A DNA stretch of 64,000 nt from Alphaproteobacteria bacterium (GTDB taxonomy: Bacteria; Pseudomonadota; Alphaproteobacteria; Rhizobiales; Beijerinckiaceae), in the NCBI GenBank assembly GCA_037131735.1, contig JBAXQM010000008.1:31678-95677 (forward strand). The letters run 5' to 3'. A program made the translations under genes and the position numbers. Positions 59,185 through 64,000 of the stretch are shown here, piece by piece. Position 1 is the first letter of the stretch; each line of letters opens with the position of its first letter. The notes beneath the pieces are model-generated. The model worked only from the letters and a program-made list of their open reading frames with translations, ran no database searches and was not told where the DNA came from.

Positions 59185-59220
59185 GGGAGGCGTATGTCGC
59201 CTCCCTCATCGGTTTGTTTA
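59185..59220 (+). terminator. Stem-loop with a T-rich tail between ffs and dnaX
   Basis: GGGAGGCG, loop TATGT, then CGCCTCCC followed by TCATCGGTTTGTTTATTTT. Confidence 0.45.
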
Positions 59221-59245
59221 TTTTGCGCGGGGGACGACGCCACAA

Positions 59246-61057
59246 ATGAGCGACACGCCCGCCTCTGAAACCGGTTCCGCCTCTCTCTTCGGCGATGCCA
59301 CGCCCGCGCCCTCAACCGGCGCCTATCGCGTGCTCGCGCGTAAATATCGCCCGCAGACCTTCACCGATCTCATTGGCCAAGAAGCGATGGTGCGTACGCT
59401 TTCGAATGCCTTTGATACGGGCCGCATTCCGCAAGCCTGGATGCTCACCGGCGTCCGCGGTGTCGGCAAAACGACAACGGCGCGTATTCTCGCGCGTGGC
59501 CTCAATTATCTTTTGCCCGATGGCAGCGGCGGCCCCACCATTCACATGCCGCAAGAAGGCGTGCATTGCCGCGCGATTATGGAATCGCGCCATGTCGATG
59601 TGCTCGAAATGGATGCCGCCTCGCATACCGGCATTGATGATGTGAAACAACTCACTGACGGCGTGCGCTATTCACCGGCATCAGCGCGTTACAAAGTCTA
59701 CATCATCGACGAAGTGCATATGCTCTCCGACAAAGCCTTCAACGCGTTTTTGAAAACGCTTGAAGAGCCGCCCCCGCATGCAAAATTCATTTTCGCGACC
59801 ACTGAAATTCGCAAAGTGCCGGTGACGATTCTCTCGCGCTGTCAGCGTTTTGATTTGCGTCGTGTTGATGCCGATGTGCTTGTCGCGCATTTGAAAAAAA
59901 TCTGTGCGGCCGAGCTTGTGAAAGCCGAAGATGACGCGCTCGCTTTGATTGCGCGCGCGGCCGAAGGCTCGGTGCGCGATGCGCTCTCGTTGCTTGATCA
60001 AGCCATTGCGCATGGTGCAGGCCTTGTGGAGGCCGAAACCGTGCGCGTGATGTTGGGCTTGGCGGATCGCGCGCGTATCATCGATCTCTTCGATCATCTC
60101 ATGCATGGCCGCATGCATGACGCGCTGATGGAATTCAAAGCGCAATATGATCTCGGTGCTGATCCGCGCCAGATCATTGCCGATCTCGCGGAATTCTCGC
60201 ATTTCGTGACACGGTTGAAAGTGGTGCCCGATGCGGCCATCAGCCAAGATGTGACAGAAGCCGAACGCACGCGCGGCCGCAGCTTCATGTCATTGCCGAT
60301 GAATGTGCTTTCACGCGCCTGGCAGATTTTGCTGAAAGGGCTTTCTGAAATTGATTCAGCACCGCGTCCCGTGACCGCTGCTGAAATGGTGTTGATCCGC
60401 TTGGCCTATGCTGCCGATCTGCCAACGCCCGACGAAACCTTGCGACGCTTGAAGCAAGAAGGTTATTCAGCACCAGCTTCATCGTCATCCGCTTCACCCT
60501 CTGGCAATGGGCCAAGCGCGCGCCGCGTATCGAATGGATCCATGACCATTGCTGCGCGCGGCGAGCCCGCATCGATGCCGCAAAGCGCGCCTGATGTGCA
60601 GGCCGCGCAAGCGTTGAAGCTTAATTCATTCGAAGACCTCGTGGCACTCGCCGCCGAGAAACGCGACATCGCGCTCAAAACCGCTTTGGAACGCGATATG
60701 CGTCTCGTGCGTTTTGAAGATGGCCGTTTAGAATTTTCGCCTGTTGAAGGTGCGTCGTCTGATCTCGCTTCATTGCTTTCGAAACGTTTGATGGATTGGA
60801 CAAACCGCCGCTGGATTGTCGCGATCTCATCCGACAAAGGCGAAGCGACCTTGCGCGAAAAGGCCGACGTCGCGAAAGCGGAAAAGCTTGACGATGTAAG
60901 GTCGCATCCAATTGTGAAAGCGGCGCTCGCGGCATTTCCTGGTGCGGAGATTGTTGATATTCGCGATGTCGCCACCGACGCTGTTGAAACATCCGACGCG
61001 GATGAGAGTGTCGAAGAAGGATTCGACTTCACACTTCTCGAACGCGAAGATGATTGA
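59246..61057 (+). CDS. dnaX: DNA polymerase III subunit gamma/tau
   Basis: AAA+ Walker A GVRGVGKTT, Walker B IIDEVHML, sensor SRCQRF, and a C-terminal tau-specific region. 603 aa. Confidence 0.96.
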   Translation: MSDTPASETGSASLFGDATPAPSTGAYRVLARKYRPQTFTDLIGQEAMVRTLSNAFDTGRIPQAWMLTGVRGVGKTTTARILARGLNYLLPDGSGGPTIHMPQEGVHCRAIMESRHVDVLEMDAASHTGIDDVKQLTDGVRYSPASARYKVYIIDEVHMLSDKAFNAFLKTLEEPPPHAKFIFATTEIRKVPVTILSRCQRFDLRRVDADVLVAHLKKICAAELVKAEDDALALIARAAEGSVRDALSLLDQAIAHGAGLVEAETVRVMLGLADRARIIDLFDHLMHGRMHDALMEFKAQYDLGADPRQIIADLAEFSHFVTRLKVVPDAAISQDVTEAERTRGRSFMSLPMNVLSRAWQILLKGLSEIDSAPRPVTAAEMVLIRLAYAADLPTPDETLRRLKQEGYSAPASSSSASPSGNGPSARRVSNGSMTIAARGEPASMPQSAPDVQAAQALKLNSFEDLVALAAEKRDIALKTALERDMRLVRFEDGRLEFSPVEGASSDLASLLSKRLMDWTNRRWIVAISSDKGEATLREKADVAKAEKLDDVRSHPIVKAALAAFPGAEIVDIRDVATDAVETSDADESVEEGFDFTLLEREDD

Positions 61058-61087
61058 TTCGATGACAATGAGAATGGAGTTCACGCC

Positions 61088-61408
61088 GTGAAAGACATGT
61101 TCGGCATGATGAAGAAAGTTCAGGAGATGCAATCGAAGCTCGGCCAAGTGCAGGCTGAACTCGAAGCGATGGACGTCTCCGGCCAATCGGGCGGTGGTTT
61201 GGTGAGTGTCACCCAAACGGTGAAGGGCCAAACCAAATCAATTTCGATTGATGCGTCGCTCCTCAAAGCAGATGAAAAAGAAATCGTGGAAGATCTTCTT
61301 GTTGCGGCGCTCAATGATGCGCGCGCAAAGGCCGATCAACTCACCGCTGATAAAATGGGCGCGCTCACAGCCGGCCTTCCGATTCCGCCGGGCATGAAAT
61401 TGTTCTGA
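61088..61408 (+). CDS. ybaB: YbaB/EbfC-family nucleoid-associated protein
   Basis: 106 aa. Contains [12 protein letters not shown]…SGGGLV…V.G…D..LL…D.E..EDL..AA.N.A. It sits between dnaX and recR. Confidence 0.93.
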   Translation: MKDMFGMMKKVQEMQSKLGQVQAELEAMDVSGQSGGGLVSVTQTVKGQTKSISIDASLLKADEKEIVEDLLVAALNDARAKADQLTADKMGALTAGLPIPPGMKLF

Positions 61409-62010
61409 TGGCATCAATCGCCGGGCCTGAAATCGAACGTCTCATTCAACTTCTCGGCAAAGTGCCGGGATTAGGCCCGCGCTCGGCGCGTCGCGCAGCA
61501 TTGCATCTCATCAAAAAACGCGAACAGCTTTTAAGCCCGCTTGCGGATGCGATGCAGGTCGCACGTGAGAAAATCATCACCTGCGAGTCATGCGGCAATA
61601 TCGATACGCTCTCGCCCTGTTCGCTTTGTCGTGACACGAGACGCGATGATACGATCCTCGTTGTTGTGGAAGATGTCGCCGATCTCTGGGCGCTAGAGCG
61701 CGCCAGTGCCACGAATGGACGCTATCATGTGTTGGGCGGGGTGCTTTCTGCGCTTGACGGCATCGGGCCCAAAGATCTGGCACTTGATCACCTCGTTGCC
61801 CGTGCGGCGAATGGCACTATTCGGGAAGTGATCTTGGCGTTGAATGCAACAGTTGATGGGCAAACGACAGCGCATTACATTACTGATCTTCTTTCTCCTC
61901 ACGGCGTCACAGTCACAAAGCTTGCCCATGGCGTGCCGGTGGGCGGTGAGCTTGATTATCTGGATGAAGGCACATTGTCTGCGGCCATGCGCCAACGGAC
62001 CGCTTTGTGA
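61408..62010 (+). CDS. recR: Recombination protein RecR
   Basis: HhH region [16 protein letters not shown], Cys4 zinc finger CESCGNI…CSLC, and a Toprim domain [12 protein letters not shown]. Confidence 0.96.
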   Translation: MASIAGPEIERLIQLLGKVPGLGPRSARRAALHLIKKREQLLSPLADAMQVAREKIITCESCGNIDTLSPCSLCRDTRRDDTILVVVEDVADLWALERASATNGRYHVLGGVLSALDGIGPKDLALDHLVARAANGTIREVILALNATVDGQTTAHYITDLLSPHGVTVTKLAHGVPVGGELDYLDEGTLSAAMRQRTAL

Positions 62011-62059
62011 AGCGCGCGCTCGGATGTGCGATGGATTTTTTAAAGGAGTCAGTCACGTG

Positions 62060-63904
62060 ATGCGTCGCTTCCTTTCCGCCTTTATCCTTTTCGCGCTGTT
62101 CACATCCGCGCCCGCCCTTGCTGCCGAACTCCCATGGCGGCACGGTCTCTCTTTGATGGGCGAACCCAAATATAAAACAGATTTCAAACACTTTGATTAC
62201 GTCAACCCGCAAGCGCCCAAAGGTGGCGTGGTGCGCATGGCGGCCACAGGCGCCTTTGATAACTTCAATCTTGCGGTTGCCGGTGTGAAAGGCCAACTCG
62301 GTGCAGGCATTGGCCTTCTATACAATACGCTTTTGACCTCTTCACTCGATGAAGTCTCAACCGCCTATGGCGACCTCGCCGAAGCGGTGGCCTATCCCAA
62401 CGACATTTCCTTTGTCACCTATCGGCTGCGTGCGAATGCCAAATGGCATGATGGCACACCGATCACACCTGATGATGTGATTTTCTCTTTCGATGCGCTC
62501 AAAGCGAATAGTCCGCAATATGCCGCCTATTACGCGAATGTTACAAAAGCCGAGAAGACTGGCGAGCATGAAGTCACTTTCCGCTTTGACCAACCCGGCA
62601 ATCGTGAATTACCTCAGATTGTCGGCCAGTTTCCAATTTTTCCGAAACATTGGTGGAGCGGCAAAGACGCAAGTGGCAAGCAACGGTCGATCACCGAGAC
62701 GACACTCGAACAACCATTGGGCTCAGGCGCGTATCGTATTAAATCCTTCGCACCGGGGCGCTCAATAACTTACGAACGCGTGAAGGATTATTGGGGTAAA
62801 GATTTACCAACAGCGATCGGCACCAATAATTTCGACGAGATGCGTTACGAGTATTTTCGTGACTCAACGGTTCAACTCGAAGGACTCAAAGGCGATCAAT
62901 ATGATTTCCGTCTTGAGAATAGCGCAAAGAATTGGGCCACCGCTTATGATTTTACCGCAGTGAAAGATGGTCGCGTTGTGCGCGAAGAATTTGCTGAGCG
63001 GGCCTCAGGCCGCATGCAAGGCTTTGCGATGAATCTCCGCCGTGAGAAATTCAATGATCAGCGCGTGCGTCGTGCCCTCAATCTCGCTTTTGATTTTGAG
63101 GAAATGAATAAAACCGTCTTCTTTGGTGCCTATAAACGCATTGGCTCTTATTTCGAGGGAACAGAGCTCGCCTCAAGCGCACTACCACAGGGCTTGGAAA
63201 AAGATATTCTTGAAAATGTGAAGAATAAAATTCCCTCGTCCGTTTTTACCAAAGCTTACACCAATCCTGTCAACGGCACGCCGCAAGCGGTGCGTGATAA
63301 TCTGAAAGAAGCGGATCGCCTGCTGAAAGATGCCGGTTATCCGGTCAAAGACGGCAAACGTGTAGATGCAAAGGGTGAACCCTTTGTCATCGAACTCTTG
63401 GCGGATGATCCTTCGTTTGAGCGGATCCTCCTGTTCTGGAAACCATCGCTTGAGAAGCTTGGGTTAACCGTAACCGTGCGCGTTGTTGATCCGGCGCAAT
63501 ATGAAAACCGGATGCGCGATTTCGATTTCGACATCACCACCGATGTCTGGGGCCAATCGCTTTCACCCGGCAATGAACAGCGTGAATTTTGGGGCACAGA
63601 AGCCTCCACCCAAAAAGGCTCACGGAATACAATGGGTATCGCCGACAAGGGCATTGATGCGTTGATTGACCGAATTGCCTTTGCCAAATCGCGCAATGAG
63701 CTTGTGGCAGCAACGCGCGCGCTTGATCGCGTGCTCCTCGCTTATGATTTCATCGTGCCGCAATGGACTTATGGATTTTCACGAACCGCGCGCTGGAACC
63801 GCTTTTCGCATCCCGATAAAATGCCTGAATATGGCGCGTCGGCTTTTCCCACCGTCTGGTGGTATGACGATATGAAGGCCAAAGACACCGCCGCGAAGAA
63901 TTAG
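62060..63904 (+). CDS. ABC transporter periplasmic substrate-binding protein (family 5, YejA-like)
   Basis: ATG at 62060 gives the signal peptide MRRFLSAFILFALFTSAPALAA. The mature protein is ~590 aa with family-5 SBP features. The ORF track starts inside recR. Confidence 0.88.
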   Translation: MRRFLSAFILFALFTSAPALAAELPWRHGLSLMGEPKYKTDFKHFDYVNPQAPKGGVVRMAATGAFDNFNLAVAGVKGQLGAGIGLLYNTLLTSSLDEVSTAYGDLAEAVAYPNDISFVTYRLRANAKWHDGTPITPDDVIFSFDALKANSPQYAAYYANVTKAEKTGEHEVTFRFDQPGNRELPQIVGQFPIFPKHWWSGKDASGKQRSITETTLEQPLGSGAYRIKSFAPGRSITYERVKDYWGKDLPTAIGTNNFDEMRYEYFRDSTVQLEGLKGDQYDFRLENSAKNWATAYDFTAVKDGRVVREEFAERASGRMQGFAMNLRREKFNDQRVRRALNLAFDFEEMNKTVFFGAYKRIGSYFEGTELASSALPQGLEKDILENVKNKIPSSVFTKAYTNPVNGTPQAVRDNLKEADRLLKDAGYPVKDGKRVDAKGEPFVIELLADDPSFERILLFWKPSLEKLGLTVTVRVVDPAQYENRMRDFDFDITTDVWGQSLSPGNEQREFWGTEASTQKGSRNTMGIADKGIDALIDRIAFAKSRNELVAATRALDRVLLAYDFIVPQWTYGFSRTARWNRFSHPDKMPEYGASAFPTVWWYDDMKAKDTAAKN

Positions 63905-63920
63905 GACTGAAAACAAACTT

Positions 63921-64000
63921 ATGTTCGCTTATATTCTGCGCCGCATTCTGCTGATGATCCCGACTCTCTTCGGGATCATGCTGATTTCTTTTGTTGTTGT
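63921..64000 (+). CDS. ABC transporter permease (YejB/DppB-like), N-terminal fragment; continues beyond the window
   Basis: Starts MFAYILRRILLMIPTLFGIMLISFVV, the stereotyped N-terminus of peptide/opine-type ABC permeases. It lies 16 nt after the SBP stop. Confidence 0.75.
   Translation, partial: MFAYILRRILLMIPTLFGIMLISFVV

Noticed and set aside
59894-59900. A7 run (TTG AAA AAA ATC) in dnaX, considered as a possible programmed -1 frameshift site producing gamma.
   Set aside because: It lies at codon ~217 inside the AAA+ module, far upstream of where tau/gamma truncation occurs. The preceding nucleotide is G, so it is not an A AAA AAG/A-type heptamer in the right register. No downstream stem-loop was seen.
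1-64000. Window-wide search for CRISPR arrays, rRNA operons, IS elements, transposases, integrases or prophage structural genes.
   Set aside because: No regularly spaced direct repeats were seen and no rRNA-like sequence. No ORF has DDE, tyrosine-recombinase or serine-recombinase motifs. The only repeat-like structure found is the inverted-repeat element at 55214-55331.

Overview
This window looks like a core chromosomal segment of an alphaproteobacterium, with Hyphomicrobiales/Rhizobiales-type gene order. It is densely coding and mostly housekeeping. Read left to right: a DUF721/DciA-like tail, dsbA-like, smc, and the F0 ATP synthase operon (atpI-B-E-F'-F). Then a UDG-fold protein, ETF-ubiquinone oxidoreductase, a TPR protein, ispE, and glyQ-CDGSH-glyS. 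Next comes nadABC with palindromic operators, then ppdK, an MFS transporter, a YhdH-like reductase, a LysR regulator and tsaC/sua5. These are followed by an acyl-CoA dehydrogenase, an SRAP/YedK protein, an FAD oxidase, two rRNA methyltransferases, pirin, xseB, Lrp-ald and a dihydroorotase-like amidohydrolase. A tight ygfZ-tag-HD-PTP-nadQ cluster follows, then Nudix, SDR, pdxH, a lipoprotein, a DnaJ-like protein, a MOSC protein, kup, fabI, a histidine phosphatase and aroC. The only clearly accessory patch lies at about 50.6-57.6 kb. It holds hicAB, a ribBX gene carrying an in-frame N-terminal Cro/YdaS-like HTH, and a Type III restriction-modification pair (mod, res). An AT-rich block within mod suggests mosaic origin. 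A 118-bp element with 31-nt terminal inverted repeats splits the mod-res junction. The window ends with HIT-nudC, SRP RNA (ffs), dnaX-ybaB-recR and the start of a yejAB-like ABC importer. I found no rRNA, tRNA, CRISPR array, transposase or integrase. I do not see convincing evidence for a wholly new multi-gene system. The observations most worth follow-up are the inverted-repeat element inside the Type III operon, the HTH-RibBX fusion next to a short-HicB toxin-antitoxin pair, an AT-rich in-frame insertion in essential glyS, and the predicted NadQ regulator/operator pair. All calls rest on reading the translations and the sequence by eye; no database searches were run.
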